64,000 nucleotides of DNA from Eledone cirrhosa (taxonomy: Eukaryota), in contig CAXHJY010000313.1 in NCBI GenBank assembly GCA_964016885.1, positions 1 through 64,000 of the forward strand, written 5' to 3'. The position numbers were made by a program, and so were the translations under genes. Position 1 is the first letter of the stretch; each line of letters starts with the position of its first letter. The notes under the pieces are model-generated. The model saw nothing but the letters and a program-made list of their open reading frames with translations, did no database searches and was not told where the DNA came from. Positions 21,651 to 34,824 of this stretch are shown here, in pieces.

Positions 21651-23974
21651 TATGAAATATAAGAATCAAAGAACTGTTCAAAACATTATTGTGCTTACAG
21701 CTGTTTCCTCCAAACCGAGGTTTGGATTCTTCGGAGCAATTTATTAATGCATGGACAGTTATATGACCTCCTTTTCAGCCGAGAGACATACCAATACATA
21801 TTCAAACATTGATACATATTCAAACATTGTGGGTCAACATTCATTACAGAATTTAGAGTGGCAGTACACACTTCGAGATTACATTTATATTAATAGGTAC
21901 AATCAAAAATCAAAGATATAGGTTAAAGTACAACATGAAGATAAGTGGTTATATAGTGCAAATGTTATATGTGTGGCACGCATGTGCGTCTTGTTTATAT
22001 AGTGTGGCAGAGAGATATGTGTGGTAGAGGCACTTAGGTAGGTAAGTAAGAGTGTTAGGTTGGTAGATCTGGTGGGAAAGTCTTTATATGATTGATATAG
22101 TCTGTGTGTGGAGAAATATTATAAGCATTAAAGATAGTGCAAGCATTAAAAGTGTTATAAGTATTGGAGATGCACAGCGCAGGGATGTCAAGTAATTCAT
22201 GTACTTCGGCATTTTCATGGTCAAGGGAGTGTATATTTCGATTATATGCCTTTCACATAATCCACGACAATCCAGTTAGAGATCGTAGTCTGGTGTTCTT
22301 TAGTTCGATACAGGAGGTTGTTACGTTTCGAGAAACGCCATTGAATACCGGAAGTGTGTGTGTGGCTAAGGGGAGTTAATGCATGCGGGGAGGTAACTCT
22401 GGGGTTTCTATATCTAGCCATTAAAATGTGTCCCAATATAGACCCTAAATTCTATGGTGAGGTGCACCTTCCAAGAGAGACTTTTAAAGCATAAAGTGTA
22501 CTAACTATAGAGTAGTTTAACTAAATTATGCTGAAGGTGATCATATTATTATTAAGGTGGATTAACCCCTCTTAAGGTGCTACAAATGGAAATTATAGAT
22601 GATGAGCGAGGATTCTAAATTAATGATCTCTGTGGTTGTAGTCTGCTCATATGACCAGGCGCGGTGATTGCAGGATTGCTTCAGGACCCAATGATCTCTG
22701 GTAAGGTCTGGGTCATCGCTTGCTACATTGGATGTCGAAAGATAATCGTCCCCAGGCAGGCCAAATGTCAATCCGCAGTCCTCGCGACCCCTCTCTGACC
22801 GTCAGATCATCCATATACGTACAACCCGCACGGCAGTTACATTGCATTCACTCACTGCGCTCAGCAGCCCGGTCCTACTGGTCAACAGCGCTACTTGATT
22901 AAATCATTTTACATCTGTCTAAGGAAGGTGTTTCCTCTGCCCAACACCATCCAACCGATCAATTCATGCTCAAATTACCCTTAGAGTGGTGTAGTGCCGT
23001 CCAAGTGGGTGGATGTTGTCACGCCTGCCGTAGAGGTATAAATGGGTATTTTCCCTGCGAAGGGTTCCAGAGGGATGTCGTTGTTTGTGTTATAATGGAT
23101 CAGCTAGTGTTGGGTATGTAGTATAGGGTGTGTCTCTGGTGTTTGATGCTAGATGTGGTGTTAGGTTCCAGTCCGAGATTGCTATATATAGGGCTTAAAG
23201 TTTTGGAAGGAATGTCTGAGGCGGTGCTGGCAAGTTGCAAACACCTCAGATTTTTTGTTAAGTAGGTTACGGTTGGAGAAGATAATATTGTGTGTCTCTA
23301 GTATACAGAGGTTACAGAATTTATTAGGTGGTTTGTACGAGGTCGCGCTGCCTATCACTTCCCATTTGAGTGTGTATGGTTTATTTTTAGATTTTAGCTA
23401 GAAAGTGAGGTGGAGTTGGCTAGGCTGTGCTTTTTGAACGAGTGGATGTGCGAGTTATATCTGATTTTGAAGCAGTTAGAAGTGGAGCCTACATAGGTTT
23501 CTGAAGAGTTATTAGTCGTGACTGTGCATGAGTATATGACATCCTTGGTTAGGCATTTTTTATCTAAAGGGCAGGTTCTATTAGCTCTACAGTTACAATT
23601 ATTCTGTGCGTTAGTCCGCTGGTTATAATGCAATGCGGAAGTCTGTGTGGTGGATATAGGATTTTGGGTGTTCGGGTTGACAACCCTGGTGTTATTACTT
23701 ATACTAGTGTTATTTCTATTGTTACTGCCGTTGCTATTGTTGCTTGCTACAGTGGTATTTAGAGGGTTTGCATCCCGTTGTGATTTTGTTTGTTGGAAGT
23801 AAGAACTAATTTTACTATTATTGCTGCTAGCTATGTGGTATGCTAAGTTAGGCGTCGTAGAGTATGAGATTTTAATGGTGTTTTTGTTTAAGAGGTTGTG
23901 GTACTTGTGTCCTAGAGGGAAGTTTTTATCTAGTAGTGAGAAGAAAGCCCTAGGTATGTTGGTGGAGACATTTA
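21651..23974 (-). mobile_element. PLE family 2 (Naiad-like), inverted left arm
   Basis: Reverse complement of about 24418-26741. I noticed only about 4 substitutions. Confidence 0.95.
21692..21738 (-). ncRNA. Hammerhead motif with CCGAAGA core
   Basis: tgct CCGAAGA a tccaaacc-tc-ggtttgga g GAAA cagctg TA agca. Confidence 0.72.
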
Positions 23975-23992
23975 CACCTTTCCATTTACATT

Positions 23993-26750
23993 TACACCTT
24001 TCCATAAGCCTAATGAGAAACTTATTTACGTAGATACCAAGTCTAATCACCCTAGATCAATATTAAACTCTATCTCTAAGGGGGTGTCCAATAGAATCTC
24101 TAGTCTGTCCTATGACGCAAACATATTTAGCAAAAACTCACAATATTACAATCAAGCATTAGCTAGCTCCGGCCATAATATAGAAATTGAGTTCCTACCT
24201 AAGAAAACACATAGCTACAACATCATCTCGCACAACATGTCCATGAGGAAATCTAATAATAGGAATAGCAACCACAAGTACACCAAAGCGGAGGGTGCCA
24301 CCGGAAGTAACCATTACCATGGAAACTACTGTGAGGCCTTAGGAGGAAGCAACACAACAAACACTAAAAGCAAAAATAGAAGAAGAAATAATACATTTTT
24401 CAACCCTCCTTTCAACCTAAATGTCTCCACCAACATACCTAGGGCTTTCTTCTCACTACTAGATAAAAACTTCCCTCTAGGACACAAGTACCACAACCTC
24501 TTAAACAAAAACACCATTAAAATCTCATACTCTACGACGCCTAACTTAGCATACCACATAGCTAGCAGCAATAATAGTAAAATTAGTTCTTACTTCCAAC
24601 AAACAAAATCACAACGGGATGCAAACCCTCTAAATACCACTGTAGCAAGCAACAATAGCAACGGCAGTAACAATAGAAATAACACTAGTATAAGTAATAA
24701 CACCAGGGTTGTCAACCCGAACACCCAAAATCCTATATCCACCACACAGACTTCCGCATTGCATTATAACCAGCGGACTAACGCACAGAATAATTGTAAC
24801 TGTAGAGCTAATAGAACCTGCCCTTTAGATAAAAAATGCCTAACCAAGGATGTCATATACTCATGCACAGTCACGACTAATAACTCTTCAGAAACCTATG
24901 TAGGCTCCACTTCTAACTGCTTCAAAATCAGATATAACTCGCACATCCACTCGTTCAAAAAGCACAGCCTAGCCAACTCCACCTCACTTTCTAGCTAAAA
25001 TCTAAAAATAAACCATACACACTCAAATGGGAAGTGATAGGCAGCGCGACCTCGTACAAACCACCTAATAAATTCTGTAACCTCTGTATACTAGAGACAC
25101 ACAATATTATCTTCTCCAACCGTAACCTACTTAACAAAAAATCTGAGGTGTTTGCAACTTGCCAGCACCGCCTCAGACATTCCTTCCAAAACTTTAAGCC
25201 CTATATATAGCAATGTCGGACTGGAACCTAACACCACATCTAGCATCAAACACCAGAGACACACCCTATACTACATACCCAACACTAGCTGATCCATTAT
25301 AACACAAACAACGACATCCCTCTGGAACCCTTCGCAGGGAAAATACCCATTTATACCTCTACGGCAGGCGTGACAACATCCACCCACTTGGACGGCACTA
25401 CACCACTCTAAGGGTAATTTGAGCATGAATTGATCGGTTGGATGGTGTTGGGCAGAGGAAACACCTTCCTTAGACAGATGTAAAATGATTTAATCGAGTA
25501 GCGCTGTTGACCAGTAGGACCGGGCTGCTGAGCGCAGTGAGTGAATGCAATGCAACTGCCGTGCGGGTTGTACGTATATGGATGATCTGACGGTCAGAGA
25601 GGGGTCGCGAGGACTGCGGATTGACATTTGGCCTGCCTGGGGACGATTATCTTTCGACATCCAATGTAGCAAGCGATGACCCAGACCTTACCAGAGATCA
25701 TTGGGTCCTGAAGCAATCCTGCAATCACTGCGCCTGGTCATATGAGCAGACTACAACCACAGAGATCATTAATTTAGAATCCTCGCTCATCATCTATAAT
25801 TTCCATTTGTAGCACCTTAAGAGGGGTTAATCCACCTTAATAATAATATGATCACCTTCAGCATAATTTAGTTAAACTACTCTATAGTTAGTACACTTTA
25901 TGCTTTAAAAGTCTCTCTTGGAAGGTGCACCTCACCATAGAATTTAGGGTCTATATTGGGACACATTTTAATGGCTAGATATAGAAACCCCAGAGTTACC
26001 TCCCCGCATGCATTAACTCCCCTTAGCCACACACACACTTCCGGTATTCAATGGCGTTTCTCGAAACGTAACAACCTCCTGTATCGAACTAAAGAACACC
26101 AGACTACGATCTCTAACTGGATTGTCGTGGATTATGTGAAAGGCATATAATCGAAATATACACTCCCTTGACCATGAAAATGCCGAAGTACATGAATTAC
26201 TTGACATCCCTGCGCTGTGCATCTCCAATACTTATAACACTTTTAATGCTTGCACTATCTTTAATGCTTATAATATTTCTCCACACACAGACTATATCAA
26301 TCATATAAAGACTTTCCCACCAGATCTACCAACCTAACACTCTTACTTACCTACCTAAGTGCCTCTACCACACATATCTCTCTGCCACACTATATAAACA
26401 AGACGCACATGCGTGCCACACATATAACATTTGCACTATATAACCACTTATCTTCATGTTGTACTTTAACCTATATCTTTGATTTTTGATTGTACCTATT
26501 AATATAAATGTAATCTCGAAGTGTGTACTGCCACTCTAAATTCTGTAATGAATGTTGACCCACAATGTTTGAATATGTATCAATGTTTGAATATGTATTG
26601 GTATGTCTCTCGGCTGAAAAGGAGGTCATATAACTGTCCATGCATTAATAAATTGCTCCGAAGAATCCAAACCTCGGTTTGGAGGAAACAGCTGTAAGCA
26701 CAATAATGTTTTGAACAGTTCTTTGATTCTTATATTTCATATATTTCATA
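23993..26750 (+). mobile_element. PLE family 2 (Naiad-like), 5'-truncated right arm: RT thumb, GIY-YIG and ~1.5-kb 3' region
   Basis: SNHP, FNPPFN, KISYS, CNCR..CPL..KCL..VIY, YVGST. After a 13-nt deletion frameshift at about 24996 the frame continues LKWEV..CNLCILE..LLNKKSE..TCQHR (stop at about 25210). Confidence 0.93.
26654..26700 (+). ncRNA. Hammerhead motif with CCGAAGA core
   Basis: Same as the 21692 copy. Palindromic stem III CAGCTG. Confidence 0.72.
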
Positions 26751-26958
26751 TGTATATATATATATATGTATATATATATGTATATATATATATAAATATA
26801 TATGTATATATGTATATGTATATATATATGTATATATATATATAAATATATATGTATATATGTATATGTATATATATATGTATATATATATGTATATATA
26901 TATATGTATATACATATATATGTATATGTATATATATATGTATATATATATATAAATA

Positions 26959-27011
<53 letters not shown>

Positions 27012-27931
27012 GGAGGCCACATGGCTTAGTGGTTAGAGCATTGGCCTTGCAATCGAAAGGTTGTGAGTTCAATTCTCAGACCGGGTGATGTGTTGTGTCC
27101 TTGAGTAAGACACTCTATTTCACATTGCTCCAGTTTACTCATTCCCCTGCAAAGTGGTCGTGGAGGTGCCACGGCAAAAAAGCACCCACCACTCACTGTA
27201 AATGAGGTTGGTGTTAGGAAGGGCATCCAGCTGTAGAAATCAAGCCAGAATGGCTTGTGAAAGCGGTACAAGCCATGTATAGGGGAGCAGTCAGCAAAGT
27301 TAGGATTAGCAATGAGTATAGGAATTTAGCGTACAGGTTGGGGTCCACCAGGGCTCTGTTCTTACTGTTCATCATAGTCCTGCAGGCAATAACGGAGGAG
27401 TTTAAGACCGGATGCCCATGGGAACTCCTGTATGCTGATGACCTCGCACTTATAGCTGAATCTATGGTAGAACTAGAGAATAAATTCCAAACTTGGAAGC
27501 AGGGACTAGAAAGAAAGGGTCTCAAAGTCAACATGACAAAGACTAAGGTCCTTGTAAGTAGACGAGAAAACAGAACCCAGATTGCTCAGTATGTAGGAAA
27601 GGTGTAGGTAGGAATTCCATTCTGCCCCAAATGCAAACAATGGGTACACAAGAGATGTAGCGGGATCTCAGGAAGTTTAATTAAGAATGTAGGCTTCACA
27701 TGCACTGTAAATGAGGTTGGTGTTAGGAAGGGCATCCAGCTGTAGAAATCAAGCCAAATCAGTTCCTGTATGAGCAAGGCATGGTCAGCCGACCAGACAC
27801 TGCCCACAACAGGACAACCCGTCTAACCCATGCTAGCGTGGAAGAACGGACGTAAAACGGTGATGATGATGATGAATCAGTTCCCGTCCCACCCTTGCAA
27901 GCAGGGAAAAGCGGACGTAAAATGATGATGA
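27012..27931 (+). mobile_element. Chimeric tRNA-SINE / RTE-B mosaic
   Basis: SINE head (TGGCTTAGTGG, GTTCAATTC), RTE-B 3' UTR piece, RTE-B RT segment (YADD), RTE-B 3' end with (GAT)n, then a second GGACGTAAAA(TGA)n tail. Confidence 0.85.
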
Positions 27932-27951
27932 TATATATATGTATATGTTTG

Positions 27952-27982
<31 letters not shown>

Positions 27983-28194
27983 GTATTGTTATATTTGGGG
28001 AGGGTCATATTTGCGTAATATTGCCAGAATTAATAACAGAACACACTCACTGTTTGGTTGGTTTTCGCTTCTCGCTGTCTTTTATATCTGCGATCTAACT
28101 TATTCGGTCCTCAATGTTGCCATTGACTGACCGGTGGTCAAAGATAATACAGATACAATATAGACACAAACACATATATATAGTTTACATAATT

Positions 28195-28237
28195 TACATA
28201 AATCTTTCGTTGCACATCTGCAACATCGTCAGTGGTA
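28195..28237 (-). ncRNA. Hammerhead-like motif (second family 1b copy)
   Basis: CTGACGA t gttgca/tgcaac GAAA gatt TA. Confidence 0.65.
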
Positions 28238-28565
28238 TTATATTCATTGTTCCTCCTGTTGTGTTGTATGTCTACGCCATTTTTTTTTTGTTCAGTCTGT
28301 CTATATATTTATTTATTTATTTGCTTGTTTGTTTATCTTATTTTATTTTGTCTTCTTTGCGCATGCGTTTGCGTGTGTGTATAGTGTTATGTGTGATGTG
28401 TGACTAGTGTGTATAGTGTTGTGTCTGCTGGGTGACTAGTGTGTGTTTATGTGCTTGTTGTTATTGTGCTTGTGTATGTATTTATTTATCTTATTTTATT
28501 TAATTTTATTTACTTATTTATACTTCTCTTAGGTCAGTGTTGTTTGTTTGGGTGTTGTTGTTGTT

Positions 28566-30270
28566 CTACTCATTCTTTCTGTTTAGCTTTGGTCTTCTAA
28601 TTTCTATTTCACTGGCCTCTCTGATTTGCCTATCTGCTGGGTCATTCCTATGTTTAGATATTATTCTAATTTCTATGTTGTCTATGTTACCGTCATGTTG
28701 TTGTCTAGCATGTTCGTATAGTACTGACCCGTTTTTTCGTCCTTTTAGTTCACCCCAGTGTTGGTCTATCCTTTCACCTATGCTACGAGCTGTCTCACCT
28801 ATGTATGTTGTTGTCATGTTTCTGCAAGTACCCTCTGTACATCTTATGCTATAGACTACGTTTCTAGTTTTACAGTTTATCCGGGGGTTCACCTTACATA
28901 TGATACATTTCCTATTGGTACAGTGGGTTTTCTTAAAAGGGTAGGTTTTGCTGATCAGGGATTTTATGGTGGTTCCTGGCTTTTCTACCACCTTTATTTT
29001 TAAGTGGGTCTTTCTCAGGGCCTTTCTACACTGGTTAGCTAATTTCCCTCCAGGGGTGGCGTCCACAAACATGACACTCTGATATCTCTGGTTGTCGTAC
29101 CATGATGTGGCCTTCCCTATCTTATGTCTAGCCCTATCTAAGCTATTCCATGATTTGCTCCTGTATAGTGGGCAAATTCCTTTCATGTCCAGTTCTATGA
29201 GGGTCTTATACTTTTCCATGGCTCCTTCGTATACTCTGACTCTGTCTCTTTGGTTGTAGCCAGAGAACTGCATGCGGTTGATGAAGTGTTGGATGTGTCC
29301 TTCCATTTCTATTGGGTCGCACATGCTGGACACATTCTTCATCACTCGTACCAAATCTACGATCAGAATATTAAACTTAGCACTACTGGACATTGCTGAG
29401 TTTTTGAGTATCAGGTATTTGGAGGCCATGGGTTTAGCATAGTGTGAGTGGAGAATTTGGGCTCTCTCGTCTATAGTGTTAATCCAGAGTTCTGTGTCTA
29501 ATACAGGTAGTCTATTGTTAGGGTGTTTGGAAGGGAAGTCTATAGTTACAGTTATACTCTGGTGTATGGAATTAGCTATCTGCTGGATGCTTTCCATCGT
29601 GCTACGTTCTAAATCAAACTTGTTAGTGCTCTCTAGTGGGGGTGTTCTTATAACTATATTGATGTCGTCTACATAACGAGAGTACATGATGAGGTCTATG
29701 GAGCTTTCATTAAGGAGATCTTTAAGTCTCCTTTCCCACCATACCATGAAAAGGTTGGCAACATCACCAGCTATGCTGACGCCGATGGCTGCTCCCTCAT
29801 TTTGGGTGTAGATTTTCTCATTGAACTTAAATATGTGGCCCTTTAGGGTAGTTTTGATACTAGCCCCTATTGCATGTGCGACCATTTTTCTTACCTGATC
29901 AGTGTTTTGGGGGGTCCGTATAGCTTTGGTCCACCCAATCCACCTTCCTATGGGAGTCTTTTTAGCCATTGAGGTTATGGTGGGGGGTCTACCTCTTATA
30001 GGTCTACTAGGGCAGAAACATCTAAGGTCATGGCTGTCTAGGTAGTCAGTGTCGTAGGTAAGTCTAAGTAGGAGGCCCAGTTCGTCTGTGTCGACGTCGC
30101 AGAACTCCATCTCACTCTCAATGATCATCTCCACACATCTTTTCACAGCAAAATCAATGTTAATGGATGGGTACAGTGACACCACATCCATGCTGCCTAT
30201 TATGCAGTTGGATAGGCTCCTGTTTTTGTTGCACTCACTGATTCTGCTGAGGAGGTCCTCTGTACTTTCA
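28566..30270 (-). CDS. PLE reverse transcriptase / GIY-YIG endonuclease (partial)
   Basis: [37 protein letters not shown]. Frame is open from 30270. A TGG-to-TAG change removes the last ~16 aa relative to the copy at 9771. Confidence 0.92.
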
Positions 30271-30386
30271 CATATATATATATGTATATGTTTATATATA
30301 TGTATGTATATATATATATATATATACGTATATATATATGTATATATATGTATATGTATATATATGTATATCTATATATATATATG

Positions 30387-30419
<33 letters not shown>

Positions 30420-30442
30420 GGTGGTGTATATATATATATATA

Positions 30443-32239
30443 CGGCCATCTTATCTTAAACCTTACATTCTCGCTTAATTCTTTCATATTTTCATATTCT
30501 GTTGTATTTTCATAACAAAACAAATCACTATTATATATTCCTTTAAATATATTTTGTTAAACTTGCTAAGTTTTACGCAAAACTTCGAGTACCTATTTAA
30601 ACTCTTAACCTCTGCTCCATCCCATCTTCTACCCCCTACCCATACATCATGCTGGTTCCTGCCCCCCCCCCCCCCCCCTCTCTATACATATAAGATAAAC
30701 CCTACCAAAATTAGTCAAAATCGCCAACTCGCTATTTCTGGGATGGCTGTTCCTGCGGTATAAAGTAACGTTCAAATATTTTTCTCGATTCTTCTCTCCA
30801 TTCGAATCCATTCATTCAATCACTATTCTATGTCCTAATTTCACACTATATCATATTTTCACCATTCTATATCGTATTTTTTCTCGACTCTTCTCTCCAT
30901 TCGAATCCATTCATTCAATCACTATTCTATGTCCTAATTTCACACTATATCATATTTTCACCATTCTATATCATATTTTTTCTCTAAAAATCATATTTTC
31001 CCTATCACCGCATTTCTCTATCGTATTTTCTTAAACAAAACAAATCTTGTATTTTCGTTTATTGTTAAATTATGCCCAAAATATGGCGATCTTATCTTAA
31101 ACCTTACATTCTTGCTAACACTCGCTAACAACCCATCATCCCTCCCACCGCCCCACGCACCACCATTATTACGTGGACCAATCATAAGTCAGAGGCCCAT
31201 ACTATCGCTTAACTGGTTGCTTTTCGATATGATGGATGGACTACGGAATTCTGGAGAGTTGAAGAGAGAAAAATGTGGACGCTCTGCGACAATGCCAAAG
31301 ATAAAGCCAAATTCACCTCGTGGACGAGAATGCAAGCACTCCTCCTTGTTTCGGCCCAGGATGGCTAACATAACCCCCCCCCCCCCCCGAAAGCAAACCT
31401 GCTGTTGGCGACAGACAAAGTCTGTGGCTGGAGCAGGCCTGTAGGCAGGAGGAGAGTAACATGGTGGTGGAACAGTAAGGTGGAGGGGTTAATTAAGGCC
31501 AAAAAGCAAGCTTGGAAAGTATGGCGGGATGGGGGAAGTAGAGAAGAGTATCAAGTGGCCAGGAGGGAAGCTAGGAGACAAGTGTACTTAGCAAGAAGGG
31601 AAGCTGAGGAAAGAAAGTTCAAGCATGTTCTACAACGCGATGACCAAAAACGTGAGGTGTTCAGGATTGCTAGACAATGCGTCAAGGAAAACCGTGATAT
31701 TGTCGGGGAGAAGTGTGTACTAAACGACGATGGCACACTTGCCATCACCGACGCTGATAAGCAGGTAGCTTGGAAGTGTCACTATGAAAGGCTACTAAAT
31801 GAGGAGAATAAATGGGAGAAAGACAGTCTCCCCCATATCGACCGCCTTACCTAAATACATAGTAAAACCTACTACAGCCAGTAGGCATCTCTAACAAAAT
31901 ACACCCCCGTCCCACCACCCCCCACCCCATCCACACCACCCCCTCCTATGTAAAGTTATGTTGGTGCCACACCATCCAGGCCGAAACAAATGAGATCGTG
32001 TAGGTGTCACGACAAAAAAACACACAGTCCACGCTGTAATGTGGCCGTGTAGGCAACACGGTAAAAACCTCCCAGACCCACACTGTAAATGTGGTTGGTG
32101 TTAGGAAGGGCATCCAACTGTAGAAAACCTGCCAGACAGTCCTATGCGAGCAAGACAATCACTCTTGCCTCAAGTGGGAATACCCCCGTCCAAACCCATG
32201 CAAGCGTGGAACACGGACGTTAAACGTTGATGATGATGA
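30443..32239 (+). mobile_element. RTE family A, internally deleted copy retaining a long 5' region and the 3' UTR
   Basis: 31213-31374 matches 14381-14553. It then jumps to the 15370-15824 equivalent, then to the 17487 equivalent via GACC microhomology. (GAT)n tail. Confidence 0.88.
30777..30985. repeat. 99-bp tandem repeat, ~2.1 copies
   Basis: ATTCATTCAATC recurs at 30810 and 30909. Confidence 0.9.
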
Positions 32240-33874
<1,635 letters not shown>

Positions 33875-33876
<2 letters not shown>

Positions 33877-34320
33877 AAACGGAAAAAATGAAACTTAATT
33901 TCATTTCCCACTCTTAGTACGGCTGTTACTTAAATATAAGTATGTACACGTACATACATATATGTATACCGACGTACAGTAGTATGTATATATATATATA
34001 CATACATGCACACATATATATATGCACGTATGGATTCACCGAACATTTATTATAATGCTCCGTGTGTTTGTAAACAAACATCCCGTATTAAGCCGTAGTG
34101 TCTAGCAACCACCGTTGCTCGTTTGTTCAACACTGACAAAGGAACGCTGTACTAGTTTCAAGCTTGTTAGCTATCGTCAGCAACGTATACCTTCCTGCCA
34201 GATTGTTGAACGTATATACTTACCTTATGCATATAAACGGCTGAGTAGCCCAATTTGCATATCGAGTGGGTTAATCGGGCGGGTGCACCGAAAACGATAA
34301 ACGGAAAAAATGAAACGATA
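33875..34320 (-). mobile_element. 422-bp terminally redundant hammerhead element (retrozyme or solo-pLTR-like)
   Basis: 20-bp direct repeat ATAAACGGAAAAAATGAAAC at 33875 and 34297. Internal HHR. TA on both sides. Confidence 0.72.
34144..34186 (-). ncRNA. Minimal type-I hammerhead ribozyme
   Basis: acgttg CTGACGA t agct-aaca-agct t GAAA ctag TA cagcgt. Confidence 0.82.
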
Positions 34321-34351
34321 TTTATATATATATATGTATATATATAAATAT

Positions 34352-34512
34352 ACAGCAAGACACGAGGGAAACCTAAGGGCAGCAGCAACAAACTCCCTCC
34401 TACACCAGTGGCCAACCTATACAGGCTGGAGATAAAATGTGTAGCAACAAGGGCGGTGCCCCAGCATGGCCTCAGCCGGATGGCTGAAACAGGTAAAAGA
34501 GTAAAAGAGTAA
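34352..34512 (+). mobile_element. 3'-terminal fragment of a LINE or SINE
   Basis: GGGCGGTGCCCCAGCATGGCC...GGCTGAAACAG(GTAAAAGA)2GTAA tail running into TA. Resembles octopus SINE tails as I recall them; not verified. Confidence 0.6.
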
Positions 34513-34538
34513 TATGTATATATATATATATGTATATG

Positions 34539-34571
<33 letters not shown>

Positions 34572-34710
34572 GTATATATATATGTATATGTATATATATA
34601 TGTATATATATATGTATATGTATATATGTATATGTATATGTATATATATATATGTATATGTATATATATATATGTATATATATATGTATATATATGTGTA
34701 TATATATGTG

Positions 34711-34745
<35 letters not shown>

Positions 34746-34786
34746 GTATATATATATGTATATATATATGTATATATATATGTATA

Positions 34787-34821
<35 letters not shown>

Positions 34822-34824
<3 letters not shown>

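Larger units (their letters stand above)
27985..30271 (-). mobile_element. PLE family 1b, 5'-truncated (RT, Cys-rich linker, GIY-YIG, pLTR)
   Basis: See the CDS entry. The 3' part is near-identical to 9257-9989. Confidence 0.94.

Noticed and set aside
22580-22902. Antisense ORFs in the PLE family 2 3' region
   Set aside because: Compared with 57470-57780, the frame shifts and most changes are non-synonymous.
21651-26750. DNA transposon with long terminal inverted repeats
   Set aside because: The arms are PLE coding and 3' sequence. There is no transposase and no TSD.
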